From: an uncultured Chloroflexia bacterium | Lineage (GTDB): Bacteria > Chloroflexota > Dehalococcoidia > DSTF01 > JALHUB01 | NCBI GenBank assembly: GCA_963703345.1 | Contig: OY969814.1 | Span: 1,630,967 to 1,694,966, forward strand | Direction of reading: 5' to 3' | Length of the DNA stretch: 64,000 bases | In this document: positions 18,402-27,943 of the stretch, one piece after another | How the letters are laid out: every line of letters begins with the position of its first letter | How positions within the stretch are numbered: the stretch's first letter is position 1 | Program-made: the position numbers and the translations under genes | The notes under the pieces: generated by a model | Databases searched by the model: none | Seen by the model: the letters and a program-made list of their open reading frames with translations, nothing else | Told to the model about the DNA's origin: nothing

Positions 18402-19739
18402 ATGAAGGGCGTCCGTCTGCTGACGGCCTGTCTCGTGCTGGCTGCGGGCACGGTTGGGTCGGCCTGCGGAAATCCGGTGCACGAGCATGGCGCCGTCAAC
18501 GTGCTGACAGTCGACGGCGACATCAATCCGGTGATGGCGCGCTATGTCGAGCGGGGGATAGCGAACGCGGAGGACGCCGACGCCGCGGCGGTGGTCATTC
18601 GCGTCGATACGCCGGGCGGGCTGGAGGACTCGATGCGCGACATCGTCCAGCGGATCGAAGCGGCGAAGGTGCCGGTAATTACGTATGTGTCGCCCAGCGG
18701 CGCGCGGGCGGCTTCGGCGGGTACGTTCATCGTGCTGGCGGGAAACGTGGCGGCAATGGCGCCGAACACGACGATCGGCGCGGCGCATCCGGTCAACGCG
18801 ACGGGCGGCGACATTACGGGCACGCTGGGCGACAAGGTGACGAACGAAGCCGCGGAGTACGCGCGCGGCATCGCCACTTTGCGCGGTCGCAACGCCGATT
18901 GGGCGGAGCAGTCGGTGCGGCAGAGCATCGCCAGCAACCAGGACGAGGCGCTTAGTCAGAACGTGGTCGACCTGGTCAGCGGCAGCACGGACGACCTGCT
19001 GAGCCGGGTGGACGGCCGGTCGGTAGCGCTTTCGTCGGGCACGGTGACGCTGCAAACGAAGGATGCGCCGGTGGTCACGAACGGCATGACGCTGGTGGAG
19101 CGCTTCCTTCTCATCATCAGCGATCCCAACATCGCCTTCCTTCTCATCAGCCTCGGCAGCCTGGGCATCCTCATCGAGCTAATCCATCCGGGCATAGCCT
19201 TCCCCGGCATCTTCGGGGCGATAGCGCTCCTCATCGGCTTCTTCTCAGTCGGGACGCTGCCGGTGAACTGGGCCGGCGTCTTCTTCATCATCCTGGCGTT
19301 CGTCCTGTTTGGAGCGGAGCTGGTGGTGGGCGCCCACGGCACCCTGGGCATCGGCGGCGTGATATCCTTGATTCTGGGAGGGCTGCTCCTGACGAGCACG
19401 AGCAATCCGCAGTTCCAGGTGTCGCGATGGCTTGTCTTCGGCCTTGCGGCGGTGATCGCCTTTTTCGTATTCTCGATCGTCAGCTCGATCATTCGCGCTC
19501 GCCGCCTGCCGGCGACGCTGAGCACGTACACGCTCGTCGGGAAGCGGGCCGTGGCGAGGACGCCGCTGGAGCCGACGGGCATCGTCTTCATCAACGGTGA
19601 GCGCTGGACGGCGACTTCGACCGGTCGATCGGTCAAACAGGGAGAGCCGGTGGAGATAACCGGCGTCGACGGTATCAAGCTGCAGGTGCGGCCATTCGAA
19701 AAGGAGGACGAAGGTGGCACGAATGGAAATACAGCCTGA
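18402..19739 (+). CDS. NfeD-family membrane-bound serine protease (ClpP-like N-terminal domain, TM segments, C-terminal OB domain)
   Basis: Signal/lipobox-like N-terminus, ClpP-like TPGGL...SAGT region, multiple TM helices, C-terminal beta-rich domain. Paired with the SPFH gene. Confidence 0.7.
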   Translation: MKGVRLLTACLVLAAGTVGSACGNPVHEHGAVNVLTVDGDINPVMARYVERGIANAEDADAAAVVIRVDTPGGLEDSMRDIVQRIEAAKVPVITYVSPSGARAASAGTFIVLAGNVAAMAPNTTIGAAHPVNATGGDITGTLGDKVTNEAAEYARGIATLRGRNADWAEQSVRQSIASNQDEALSQNVVDLVSGSTDDLLSRVDGRSVALSSGTVTLQTKDAPVVTNGMTLVERFLLIISDPNIAFLLISLGSLGILIELIHPGIAFPGIFGAIALLIGFFSVGTLPVNWAGVFFIILAFVLFGAELVVGAHGTLGIGGVISLILGGLLLTSTSNPQFQVSRWLVFGLAAVIAFFVFSIVSSIIRARRLPATLSTYTLVGKRAVARTPLEPTGIVFINGERWTATSTGRSVKQGEPVEITGVDGIKLQVRPFEKEDEGGTNGNTA

Positions 19740-20613
19740 GGAGCAGGCCGAAGAGCGAATGATCACCAACACCGCGATGCGCTGGCTCCTGCTGCCGCTG
19801 GCGATCATCGGATCGCTGCGGATCATCCAGGAGTACGAGCGAGGGGTGCTGTTCCGGCTCGGCCACGCGATGGGGGTCACGCCGCCGGGGCCGTTCCTCG
19901 TCATCCCCGGCTTCGAACGGCTGGTGAAGCGCGATCTGCGCATCGTGACGATGGACGTGCCCAGCCAGGAGGCGATCACCAAGGACAACGTGACCGTGAA
20001 GGTGAACGCCGTCGTCTACTTCCGCATCGTGCGGCCGTGGGAAGCGGTCCTGAAGGTGCTGGACCACATTCGGGCGACGTTCCAGATAGCGCAGACGACG
20101 CTGCGAAGCGTGCTGGGGCAGTCGTCGCTGGACGAGCTTCTCGCCGAGCGGGAGAAGATCAACCAGCGTCTTCAGCAGATCATCGATGAGCAGACGGAGC
20201 CCTGGGGCGTCAAGGTCACCACCGTCGAGGTGAAGGACGTGGAGCTGCCACAGGGGATGCAGCGGGCGATGGCGCGCCAGGCGGAGGCGGAGAGAGAGCG
20301 TCGGGCGAAGATCATCAACGCCGAGGGCGAATTCCAGGCGGCCGAGCGGCTGGCGCAGGCAGGCGCGATTATCGCGGCGACGCCGACGACGCTGCAGCTA
20401 CGCTTCTTGCAGACGCTGGCGGAGATAGCGACGGAGAAGAACAGCACAATCGTCTTCCCGGTGCCGATCGACATAATCCGGGCCTTCATAGAGAAGGGCG
20501 GCGCCGTCGTGATGCCCAGTCCGGTGGAGACGATGGAGACGATGAAGGCGCTGCAGGCGCAGCCGCCGGCGGAGATGGCGCCGCCAGCGGAGATGGAGCC
20601 GCCGCCCGAGTAG
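19714..20613 (+). CDS. SPFH/band-7 (stomatin-like) protein
   Basis: [14 protein letters not shown]...[15 protein letters not shown]... plus a coiled-coil [16 protein letters not shown]. Classic nfeD-stomatin operon. Confidence 0.8.
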   Translation: MARMEIQPEEQAEERMITNTAMRWLLLPLAIIGSLRIIQEYERGVLFRLGHAMGVTPPGPFLVIPGFERLVKRDLRIVTMDVPSQEAITKDNVTVKVNAVVYFRIVRPWEAVLKVLDHIRATFQIAQTTLRSVLGQSSLDELLAEREKINQRLQQIIDEQTEPWGVKVTTVEVKDVELPQGMQRAMARQAEAERERRAKIINAEGEFQAAERLAQAGAIIAATPTTLQLRFLQTLAEIATEKNSTIVFPVPIDIIRAFIEKGGAVVMPSPVETMETMKALQAQPPAEMAPPAEMEPPPE

Positions 20614-20642
20614 GACGGGCCCGAGCCGAAGGAGGTCGGTTG

Positions 20643-21260
20643 ATGGAGCCGCTCAAGTGTGTTGAGTGTGGCGCATTGTTCGAATTGTCGGAGGATAGAC
20701 GGCGGAGGTATCCAAAGTGGAAACCGAAGGTATGCCTAGCCTGCTACACGCGCGCCAGGCAGCGCCCTGAACTCAACCTTTCGACCGACGAGGTACTTCA
20801 GAGGTTCACCAAGGGCCCGAACACAGGTCTCTTCACAGATGGCAGTTGTGAGCACAATCCGAATGGACCAGGTGGATGGGGAGCGGTGAGAGTCCGGAAC
20901 GGCGTCGTTATGGTTCAGAAGTGCGGGCATTCGCCCGAGACCACGAGCAATCGCATGGAACTCACGGCACTCATTGAAGCGTACAAGATGCTGGCACCCG
21001 ATGAGGAAGCAGTAGTCTACACAGACAACAGGTACGGTCAAAACATCGCCTCGGCGTGGGCACGGACGTGGAAGAGAAACGGATGGACCCGAGGAAAGAA
21101 GCACGAGCCGGTAGAGAACCTAGACCTAGTGCAGGAATTGTACGCATTGGTTGAGGCTCACCCGCTGGTTCGCGTGGAATGGCAAAGGGGACACGACGGC
21201 TGTCGGTGGAATGAGTACGCTGACTCCCTATCGACAGCGTACACCCGCGATAGTGTCTAG
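20643..21260 (+). CDS. RNase H (type 1) domain protein with an N-terminal CxxC...CxxC zinc ribbon, in a low-GC (~54%) islet
   Basis: CVECG...CLAC; LFTDGSC (Asp1), ELTALIEAY (Glu), VYTDNRY (Asp), WQRGHDGCRWNEYADSLS (Asp). Local GC is about 14 points below the flanks. Confidence 0.65.
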   Translation: MEPLKCVECGALFELSEDRRRRYPKWKPKVCLACYTRARQRPELNLSTDEVLQRFTKGPNTGLFTDGSCEHNPNGPGGWGAVRVRNGVVMVQKCGHSPETTSNRMELTALIEAYKMLAPDEEAVVYTDNRYGQNIASAWARTWKRNGWTRGKKHEPVENLDLVQELYALVEAHPLVRVEWQRGHDGCRWNEYADSLSTAYTRDSV

Positions 21261-22039
21261 GACTCCCCAGCCAGCGTGACGTCGCCGGCGGAGATGACGG
21301 CGATGCTGCCGTCGGGGCGACGCAGCAGGAGGTTGCCCTCGGCGTCAACGTCCTCCGCGACGCCTTCCTCCAGGCGGTCGCCGAACTGCGCGCGCACCTG
21401 CTTACCGAGCGTCTCTAACCGCGTTCGCCAGGCCTCGTAGACATCGCCGTCGAGGCGAGAGGCGGCGAGGAGCTTCTCGAATCGGTTGAGAACGGTGGCA
21501 AGCAGCTTCTCCCGCGCGACTTTTCGTCCGGACTCGTGCTCCAGGCTGACGGCGATGTCGCGAATCCCTTCGTGCTGCGAGGGGTCGAGATCGACGTTAA
21601 CGCCGATGCCGACGAGCGCGTACTCGACGTCACCGCCGCGGAGACGCGAGTCGATCAGGATACCGCCCACCTTGCGCCCTTCAATCAATATGTCGTTCGG
21701 CCATTTGATGCTGCTCCTCACGCCGGCGACGGCGTCGACCGCTTCGCAGACCGCGAGCGGCGCCACCATGACGAGTTGACGGACGGCGTCGGGCTCCGGG
21801 CGAAGGACGATGGTGACGTAGAGGCCACCGGGCGGCGAGACCCAGGCGCGGCCGCGGCGCCCGCGACCGGCGGTCTGCTCATCGGCGAGGACGATGAAGC
21901 CGTGGGGAGCGCCAGATTCCGCCTCTTCTCGCGCCACGTCCATCGTCGAAGAGACGGCGCTTTGATGCAGGGCCAACCGACCAAGTGAGTCGGTTTCAAG
22001 CAGCGACTGGAGCGCGCTTAGACAAAAGTCGCCATTCAT
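21257..22039 (-). CDS. birA: Biotin--[acetyl-CoA-carboxylase] ligase (group I, no HTH)
   Basis: EQTAGRGRRGRAWVSPPG...KWPNDIL...GILIE motifs. Confidence 0.8.
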   Translation of the reverse strand: MNGDFCLSALQSLLETDSLGRLALHQSAVSSTMDVAREEAESGAPHGFIVLADEQTAGRGRRGRAWVSPPGGLYVTIVLRPEPDAVRQLVMVAPLAVCEAVDAVAGVRSSIKWPNDILIEGRKVGGILIDSRLRGGDVEYALVGIGVNVDLDPSQHEGIRDIAVSLEHESGRKVAREKLLATVLNRFEKLLAASRLDGDVYEAWRTRLETLGKQVRAQFGDRLEEGVAEDVDAEGNLLLRRPDGSIAVISAGDVTLAGES

Positions 22040-23574
22040 TTCGGCACCGGGTACAGCTCTTGGAGGAGCTCGCGGGCGACGCTTCGGTCGTCCCAGGGGA
22101 CATGCATGTCGCCGATGACCATCGATTGCTCGGTGCCCTTGCCAGCGAGGAGCACGACGTCGCCGGGGCGCGCGAGCTCGAAGGCGCGGCGGATGGCGGC
22201 GCGGCGGTTCGGAACGCGCAGGAAGTCGTCGCTTTCCCGACGGCCGGCGGCGATGAGGGCGCGGGCGATCTCGGCGATGATGGCGTCGGGGTCCTCGGAG
22301 CGCGGGTCTTCGTTCGTGAGGATGACGAAATCGGCGAGCTCGGCGGCGGCGCGGCCCATCCCTTGGCGGCGATTGTGGTCGCGCTCACCGGCGCAACCGA
22401 AGACGGCGATGAGGCGGCCTTTCGTCGTCGAACGGAGGACCTGGAGGACGCGACGCAGGGCCTCCGGCGTGGAAGCGATATCGACGACGACGGGGAACGG
22501 CTGGCCGCAGTCGACCGTCTCCATGCGGCCGGGCACACCCTTGAAGGCGGCAAGCGCGGCGCATGTTGTCTCCGGCGCTACCCCAAGCGAGAGGGCGACG
22601 GCGACGGCGGCAAGGGCATCGTACAGGTTGTGCCGTCCGGGAAGCGGCAGGCGGACGGGCAGGCGGCCAAACGCCCCGACGAGGTCGAAGACGGAGGCGA
22701 GCGGCTCCAGTCGAAGCGATTCGGCGCGGATGTCGGCCGGCGCGTCGATGGCGTAGGTGACGGCGTTGGCGCGCGTACGGGAGCGCAGAACGTCGGAGGC
22801 GGGATCGTCGGCGTTGAGGACGGCCGTCTTGGGCACGCCCTTGTCGACGCTCTCGTCCAGCATCCCAAACAGGCGGCCCTTCGCGGCGAGGTAGGCGGAC
22901 GAGTCGCCATGGAAGTCGAGGTGGTCGCTGCTGAGGGTCGTGAAGACCGCAACGTCGAACTCGCACTCGTCGACGCGGTTGAGCGCGAGGCCGTGCGAGG
23001 AAGCCTCGATGACGGCGTAGCGGCGGCCCCCCGCGACCATACGGGCGAGCATCTCCTGCACTTCGGGCGCCTGGAGCGTCGTCATGTGGGTGGCGTTGAG
23101 CTCCGGGCTGGTCGCTGTCTGGAAGGCAACGCTGCTGAGGTAGCCGGCAGGCAGGCAGGCCGCCTCCAGGAGCGCGGCGATGAGATGGACGGTGGTTGTC
23201 TTGCCGTCGGTGCCGGTGACGCCGATTGTGACGAGCCTTCGGGCCGGGAATCCCCAGAAGGCGGCGGCAATTCGCGCCAGCGAGCGGCGGCTGTCGGGGA
23301 CGACGACGAAGGCCGCGCTACCACCGTTTGCCAGCGCCTGCCACTTCGCCTGCCGGTCGGCCTGGACGACGATTGCGGCGGCGCCCTTTTCAAGCGCCAT
23401 GGCGACGAAGTCGTGGCCGTCGCGGCTTTGCGGCGGCAGGGCGCCGGGCACGGCGACGAAGACCGAGCCCGAGGTGACGAGTCGGGAGTCGTAGCAAACG
23501 GCCGGGACGGACGCAGGCGGTTGCCCGTCGAAGCGGGCGTAGGGCAGGAGCAAAGGCCAGTCGATGCGGGTCAT
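22036..23574 (-). CDS. murE: UDP-N-acetylmuramoyl-L-alanyl-D-glutamate--2,6-diaminopimelate ligase
   Basis: GVTGTDGKTTT P-loop, DNADD, Mur ligase C-terminal domain. ATG at 23574 has a GAGGTG RBS; the ORF is open to 23787. Confidence 0.8.
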   Translation of the reverse strand: MTRIDWPLLLPYARFDGQPPASVPAVCYDSRLVTSGSVFVAVPGALPPQSRDGHDFVAMALEKGAAAIVVQADRQAKWQALANGGSAAFVVVPDSRRSLARIAAAFWGFPARRLVTIGVTGTDGKTTTVHLIAALLEAACLPAGYLSSVAFQTATSPELNATHMTTLQAPEVQEMLARMVAGGRRYAVIEASSHGLALNRVDECEFDVAVFTTLSSDHLDFHGDSSAYLAAKGRLFGMLDESVDKGVPKTAVLNADDPASDVLRSRTRANAVTYAIDAPADIRAESLRLEPLASVFDLVGAFGRLPVRLPLPGRHNLYDALAAVAVALSLGVAPETTCAALAAFKGVPGRMETVDCGQPFPVVVDIASTPEALRRVLQVLRSTTKGRLIAVFGCAGERDHNRRQGMGRAAAELADFVILTNEDPRSEDPDAIIAEIARALIAAGRRESDDFLRVPNRRAAIRRAFELARPGDVVLLAGKGTEQSMVIGDMHVPWDDRSVARELLQELYPVPK

Positions 23575-23671
23575 ATCACCTCGCGAGTCGATTTCCGTCA
23601 TTATAGCGCCGGAGCCGAGCGTCGGCGAGAAAAGGGAGGCCCGTCCGCCTGAGGCGGACGGGCCACGCAAG

Positions 23672-24079
23672 CGCCAGCGGACCTGTAAGCCGAGTTCTGT
23701 CTTTCCGCCCAAGGCGGACAGGCCGCCTTCGACGAAACGGTGACCATCTATCTGGGATGACGGTTGCCCGCCACCTCTAGCGACCAACCCGAGGACGGGC
23801 CGGGCGAGCCCATAGTCCTCCTATTCGGTCTTGCTCCGGGTGGGGCTTGCCCGGCCAGCCGGTCGCCCGACTGCCGGTGAGCTCTTACCTCGCCATTTCA
23901 CCCTTATCCACCTGAGGCAGACAGGCCGCCTGCGGCGGACGGTATGTTTCTGTGGCGCTTTCCGTAGGGTCGCCCCTCCTGGGTGTTACCCAGCACCCTC
24001 GCCCGGTGGAGCTCGGACTTTCCTCCCTCATGCGTCTGCATCGCAGACGCGCGAGAGCGGTCACCCGGTCTGCTGGCGA
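23672..24079 (-). ncRNA. rnpB: RNase P RNA (bacterial type A)
   Basis: Reverse-strand reading gives GGGAGGAAAGUCCGAGCUCC (P4 5' strand), GGGUAACACCCAGG, ACAGAAACAUACCGCC, UAAGGGUGAAAUGGCGAGGUAAGAGCUCACC, and 3' ACAGAACUCGGCUUACAGG with a P1 pairing cgccagc/gctggcg. About 408 nt. A GC hairpin follows the 3' end. Confidence 0.85.
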
Positions 24080-24137
24080 GTCAAGTATAGCAGGAACGGG
24101 AGGACTTTAGAAGGCCGCCGTACTTCTGCCGGCGCGC

Positions 24138-24369
24138 CGAGGGCGTGTCTGAGGCGTCACTATAGGCAGCCCGGAGCGCGTTAGCACAAGCGCCTCGAGC
24201 GCGTGTCTGAGGCGTCACTATAGGCAGCCCGGAGCGCGTTAGCACAAGCGCCTCGAGCGCGTGTCTGAGGCGTCACTATAGGCAGCCCGGAGCGCGTTAG
24301 CACAAGCGCCTCGAGCGCGTGTCTGAGGCGTCACTATAGGCAGCCCGGAGCGCGTTAGCACAAGCGCCT
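24138..24369 (+). repeat. Four perfect tandem copies of a 58-bp unit (cgagcgcgtgtctgaggcgtcactataggcagcccggagcgcgttagcacaagcgcct), with no spacers
   Basis: Exact 58-bp periodicity read directly. Related solo copies lie at 44140 and 61438. Confidence 0.9.
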
Positions 24370-24411
24370 CGACGGCCTGGATCGTTCGTTGGATAGACAG
24401 GCGCCAATTCG

Positions 24412-24831
24412 TTATGTCGAGCTGTCGAGGGCCTGGTTGGCGAGGTTGTCGGCGAGGCGATTGCCGGTGCGCGGGACGTTTCGAAAGGTGGCGGACTGGA
24501 AACGGCTGCGCAGGTCAAGGAGGCGCTTGTAGAGAGGGATCAGTCGCGGGTTTCGAACGCGGTAACGGCCGGTGAGCTGCCGGACGACGAGCTCGGAGTC
24601 CATGCGCAGCTCGACATGAGCGGCACCGAGGCCCAATGCGGCTTCCAGAGCGCTGATGGCGGCACGGTACTCCGCCTCGTTGTTGGTGCCGACGCCGGTT
24701 CGTCGCGACTGCCGGTGGACTTCGCGGCCGGCGGGATCGAAGATGACGACGCCGACAGCCGAAGGACCCGGGTTGCCCCGCGAGGCGCCGTCGGCATAGG
24801 CGACGTAGACCGACCGCTGCGCCTCGCTCAC
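24412..24831 (-). CDS. rnhA: Ribonuclease HI-like protein
   Basis: YADGASRGNPGPSAVGVV...NNEAEYRA...RMDSELVVRQ...NRLADNLANQA; all four RNase H catalytic D/E/D/D positions present. Confidence 0.8.
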   Translation of the reverse strand: MSEAQRSVYVAYADGASRGNPGPSAVGVVIFDPAGREVHRQSRRTGVGTNNEAEYRAAISALEAALGLGAAHVELRMDSELVVRQLTGRYRVRNPRLIPLYKRLLDLRSRFQSATFRNVPRTGNRLADNLANQALDSST

Positions 24832-26240
24832 GGCCGCAGCGACACCTCGATGCCATCGTCGACGACGATAATACGGTTGACGACGTCACGCAGGAGAGAG
24901 CGCCGCGAGGGGAAATCGAGCGAGTCCCAGCGGTCGCAGAGACGAAGCAACGCCTGCTCCTGCGCCCGCCGTCGCGCGGCCACCGACGCCTGTTCCTCGA
25001 CGCGCCGCTCCGCCGCGACTAATCGCCCCTCCATCTCAAGCCGCTCGGTGGCAAGCGCCATGCCGAGTGATTGCAGCTTCTCGCGGCTAAGGCGGCCGCG
25101 GGCGGCGGCGTCCATGTGCCGCTCCAGTCGCTTGTCCAGTTGGGCCAGGCGGCGTCGCATCTCTTCTCGCTCTTCCTTCGATTCGGCGAAGACGGCGTCC
25201 TGATCACCGGCCTGGCGGAAGGCGCTTCCGCCATCTAGGTCGAGTGCGGAAAGCTGCCCGCGCACCTCGCTTTCGAGGTCGTCGGCGCGACGGGTGTGAT
25301 AATCGCAGAGGCTCTGGTTTGTGCGCGACTGGCACTGATAATAGCGATAGGAGGCTTCGGCGACGGAACCGTCCCGCTGCCGCTTCCAACTCTGTCGGCG
25401 GCTTACGCCAATCATTTTGTTGTTGCAGTAGCCGCAGTAGACGAGTCCGGAGAGCAGGAAGGGCGCGGCCTGCGGCGCGGAGTAGCTGCTGCGGCGCGCC
25501 ATCAGGCAGTCCTGCACGCGGCGGAAGTCCTCATTTGAGATGAGAGCGGGATGGCTGCCCGGCACGCGGACGCCGAAGCGGCTGTAGGTGCCAAGGTAGG
25601 TGCGGTTGCGAAGGATGTCGCGGATGCTCACCATGCTCCAGTTGCCGCCGCGTCGGGTCTTGACGCCCTCCTGGTTCAGGCAGCGGGCGATGCGTCGGAT
25701 GCCGAGCCCCTCCTGCAAGTAGAGTCGAAAGATGTAGCGGACGACGACGGCTTCCTCCGGGACCAGGTCCAGGCGGCGGCGATTGCCGACCCGATAGCCG
25801 AAAGGCGGCCGGCCGAGCACTTCGCCTCTGACGGCTTTGCGTCGCATGGCGGAGCGTACTTTGTCGCCGACGCGGCCCTGGTTGCTCTTGGTCCAGGCTT
25901 CGAGGAGGCGACCGGTTGCGTCGTCGTCGTTCATGACGAGCACCTGGGCGCCGAGGCCCTGCAGCTCGAACCAGCTCCGGGCGGCCTCCTTGACGTCGCG
26001 GCCGAGGCAATCGATTGACGGCGTGACGACCATCAGGAAGCCTTTCTCCGGCCGCTTGAGGAACTCGACGAGTTGCTGGTAGCCGGGACGCCTTTCGGCA
26101 TCGACTGCGGCACCGTCGACGAAGGAGGCGACCGCCTCGTAGCCGCGATCACGGCAGAACTCAAGGAAGGCCGTGCTCTGCGCCGCGAGCGGTTCGCCGC
26201 GATCCCCCGCGGGCTCTTTGAAGTAGCCTACCGCCTTCAT
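24828..26240 (-). CDS. Large serine-recombinase homologue (resolvase-like N-domain, recombinase domain, Cys4 zinc ribbon, coiled coil) that apparently lacks the catalytic Ser/Arg residues
   Basis: Recombinase domain (LGRPPFGYR...VRYIFRLY), zinc ribbon (CGYCNNKM...YYQCQS...C). N-terminal AVGYFKEPAGD in place of the A-x-Y-x-R-x-S-T/S-x-x-Q catalytic motif; IDCLGRD in place of DRLGR. Start and stop overlap the flanking genes. Confidence 0.65.
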   Translation of the reverse strand: MKAVGYFKEPAGDRGEPLAAQSTAFLEFCRDRGYEAVASFVDGAAVDAERRPGYQQLVEFLKRPEKGFLMVVTPSIDCLGRDVKEAARSWFELQGLGAQVLVMNDDDATGRLLEAWTKSNQGRVGDKVRSAMRRKAVRGEVLGRPPFGYRVGNRRRLDLVPEEAVVVRYIFRLYLQEGLGIRRIARCLNQEGVKTRRGGNWSMVSIRDILRNRTYLGTYSRFGVRVPGSHPALISNEDFRRVQDCLMARRSSYSAPQAAPFLLSGLVYCGYCNNKMIGVSRRQSWKRQRDGSVAEASYRYYQCQSRTNQSLCDYHTRRADDLESEVRGQLSALDLDGGSAFRQAGDQDAVFAESKEEREEMRRRLAQLDKRLERHMDAAARGRLSREKLQSLGMALATERLEMEGRLVAAERRVEEQASVAARRRAQEQALLRLCDRWDSLDFPSRRSLLRDVVNRIIVVDDGIEVSLRP

Positions 26241-26244
26241 CCGA

Positions 26245-26949
26245 TCAACTCACGTAGAGTATCCGCTCGCAACTGCTGCATTGGACGATGACGTCGGAGC
26301 CGCCGCGGGCCTTCTGCAGTAGCGACATGGGCAGGGAGATGCGGCAGCCGCCGCAGGTGCCCCGCTCGACCTTGGCGACGGCGCGCCCCTGGTGCTTGGA
26401 GCGAAGGACGTCGTACTGGGAGAGCCCCGCGCCATCTATGGCTGCCCGCTGCTGTGCCCGCTTCCCTTCCAGTTCCTCGATCTCGGCCGTCAGGTCAGCT
26501 TGCCGTTGGCGAAGGTCTCGCTGCTCTTGCTCCCAGGCGCCTAGAAGCGAGGCATGCTCGCGACGGGCGGCGGCAAGCGCTCTTTCCGCCTCTTCGAGCT
26601 GCGACATCACTTCGAGCGCCTTGTCCTCGAGGACGCGTTTGCGCGCCTGGATGGACTGGATGTCCTCCTGCAGGCTCGCGAGCTCCTTGGGGTTGTGGAG
26701 GGTGCCGGCGTAGAGCTTCTTCTCCAGGGGCCGGATCTTGTTCGTCAGGTCGTCGACCTCCCATTCGGCGCTGCGGAGGTGCTTCTGAATCTCCTGTGCT
26801 TCGCCTTCCCACCCGCCGATTGCGGCGGCCGCCTCCGCGACCTCTTCGGAGTCGCCGAGCCGCCCTTCGATCTCCTCCAGAGCAGCGCGCTGGCTGTCGA
26901 TCTCCAGGTCCGTCTCCTGAAGCTCGTAGAGGTCGGATATTCTTGTCAT
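26245..26949 (-). CDS. COG1579/DUF164 coiled-coil protein with C-terminal C4 zinc ribbon
   Basis: Long heptad-rich region, then CGGCRISLP...CSSCERIL. This gene is conserved next to RNase H in many Gram-positive/actinobacterial genomes. Confidence 0.7.
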   Translation of the reverse strand: MTRISDLYELQETDLEIDSQRAALEEIEGRLGDSEEVAEAAAAIGGWEGEAQEIQKHLRSAEWEVDDLTNKIRPLEKKLYAGTLHNPKELASLQEDIQSIQARKRVLEDKALEVMSQLEEAERALAAARREHASLLGAWEQEQRDLRQRQADLTAEIEELEGKRAQQRAAIDGAGLSQYDVLRSKHQGRAVAKVERGTCGGCRISLPMSLLQKARGGSDVIVQCSSCERILYVS

Positions 26950-27149
26950 GCGGTCAATTGCAGGCGTGGGTTGCTACTCGTGTCAGGACGAAGGGTGGGA
27001 GGCCCATCGCTGGGCCGCAAGCAGGATTATACGGCGAGCGGCGAAAGACCCGCAAGACGAGACGGAGCGATCCGTCTGGTTTGACCCGCGCAAACAGCGC
27101 TCTTTATAATGGAATTTGAACTTGTTCCTCAGAAGGTTGTGATCCAATA

Positions 27150-27692
27150 ATGCTTTTCGATGTTGGTCCTTTTCTTCGCCAGCCCGCCGGCGCCACGCGA
27201 GCCTATCGCCTGAGCGAGCGGCAGGAGGAGTTGGACGGCATGCCGGCGGCGGACGTGACGGGGACCGTCTCATTTCTGCGCACTCAGCGGAGCATTCTGG
27301 TCAGTGTCTGCCTGTCAGTGAGCAGCAGCGATGTGTGCAGTCGCTGCCTTGAGCCGCTGCGCACTTCGTACGCCATCGACTTCCAGGAGGAGTTCGGGCC
27401 GACCGTCGATATCGAGACGGGGCTGCGCCTGGCGCCGCCGGAGGATATGTTCGCCATCGACGAGCGGCAGACGCTTGACCTGAACGAGGCGATCCGGCAG
27501 TACCGCCTGGCCTGGCAGTCGATGAAGCCGCTGTGCCGTCCGGACTGCAAGGGGCTCTGCCCGGAGTGCGGCACCAATCTGAACCTGGGGACCTGCGCCT
27601 GTTCCCTCAGAAGCGAAAACGTTGACGATCAGGCTCTGGCGGCGCTGCACGAGATCAAGGCGCAGATAAGCGACAAGGAAAGGGGTAGCTAG
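27150..27692 (+). CDS. yceD: YceD/DUF177 (large-subunit rRNA accumulation) protein
   Basis: C-terminal CxxCGxxLN...CxC motif (CPECGTNLNLGTCAC), positioned directly upstream of rpmF. Confidence 0.7.
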   Translation: MLFDVGPFLRQPAGATRAYRLSERQEELDGMPAADVTGTVSFLRTQRSILVSVCLSVSSSDVCSRCLEPLRTSYAIDFQEEFGPTVDIETGLRLAPPEDMFAIDERQTLDLNEAIRQYRLAWQSMKPLCRPDCKGLCPECGTNLNLGTCACSLRSENVDDQALAALHEIKAQISDKERGS

Positions 27693-27695
27693 GAC

Positions 27696-27893
27696 TTGCC
27701 ACCACTACCAAAGCGGAAATACCCGAAGTCGCGGCAGGGGAAGCGCCGCAGCCACCTGCGGATCGACACGCCGCGGCTGACGGAATGCCCTCAGTGTCAT
27801 ACGCCGCGCCTGCCTCATCATCCGTGCCCGGTATGCGGCACATACAAGGGGCGACAGGCGATCAAGATCGAGGAAGCGCGTCTCAACGAGTAG
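27696..27893 (+). CDS. rpmF: 50S ribosomal protein L32
   Basis: PKRKxSKSR...CPQCH...CPVCGTYKGRQ; 65 aa; TTG start. Confidence 0.8.
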   Translation: MPPLPKRKYPKSRQGKRRSHLRIDTPRLTECPQCHTPRLPHHPCPVCGTYKGRQAIKIEEARLNE

Positions 27894-27943
27894 CGTAAGC
27901 CGCTTCTCATCTCCCATGCAGTCGAACGGAGGCGAAGCCAGGG

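Noticed and set aside
24138-24369. Possible CRISPR array
   Set aside because: The four 58-bp units are contiguous and identical with no unique spacers. No cas genes are nearby. Related copies occur singly elsewhere. It behaves like a tandem REP/MITE-type repeat, not a CRISPR.
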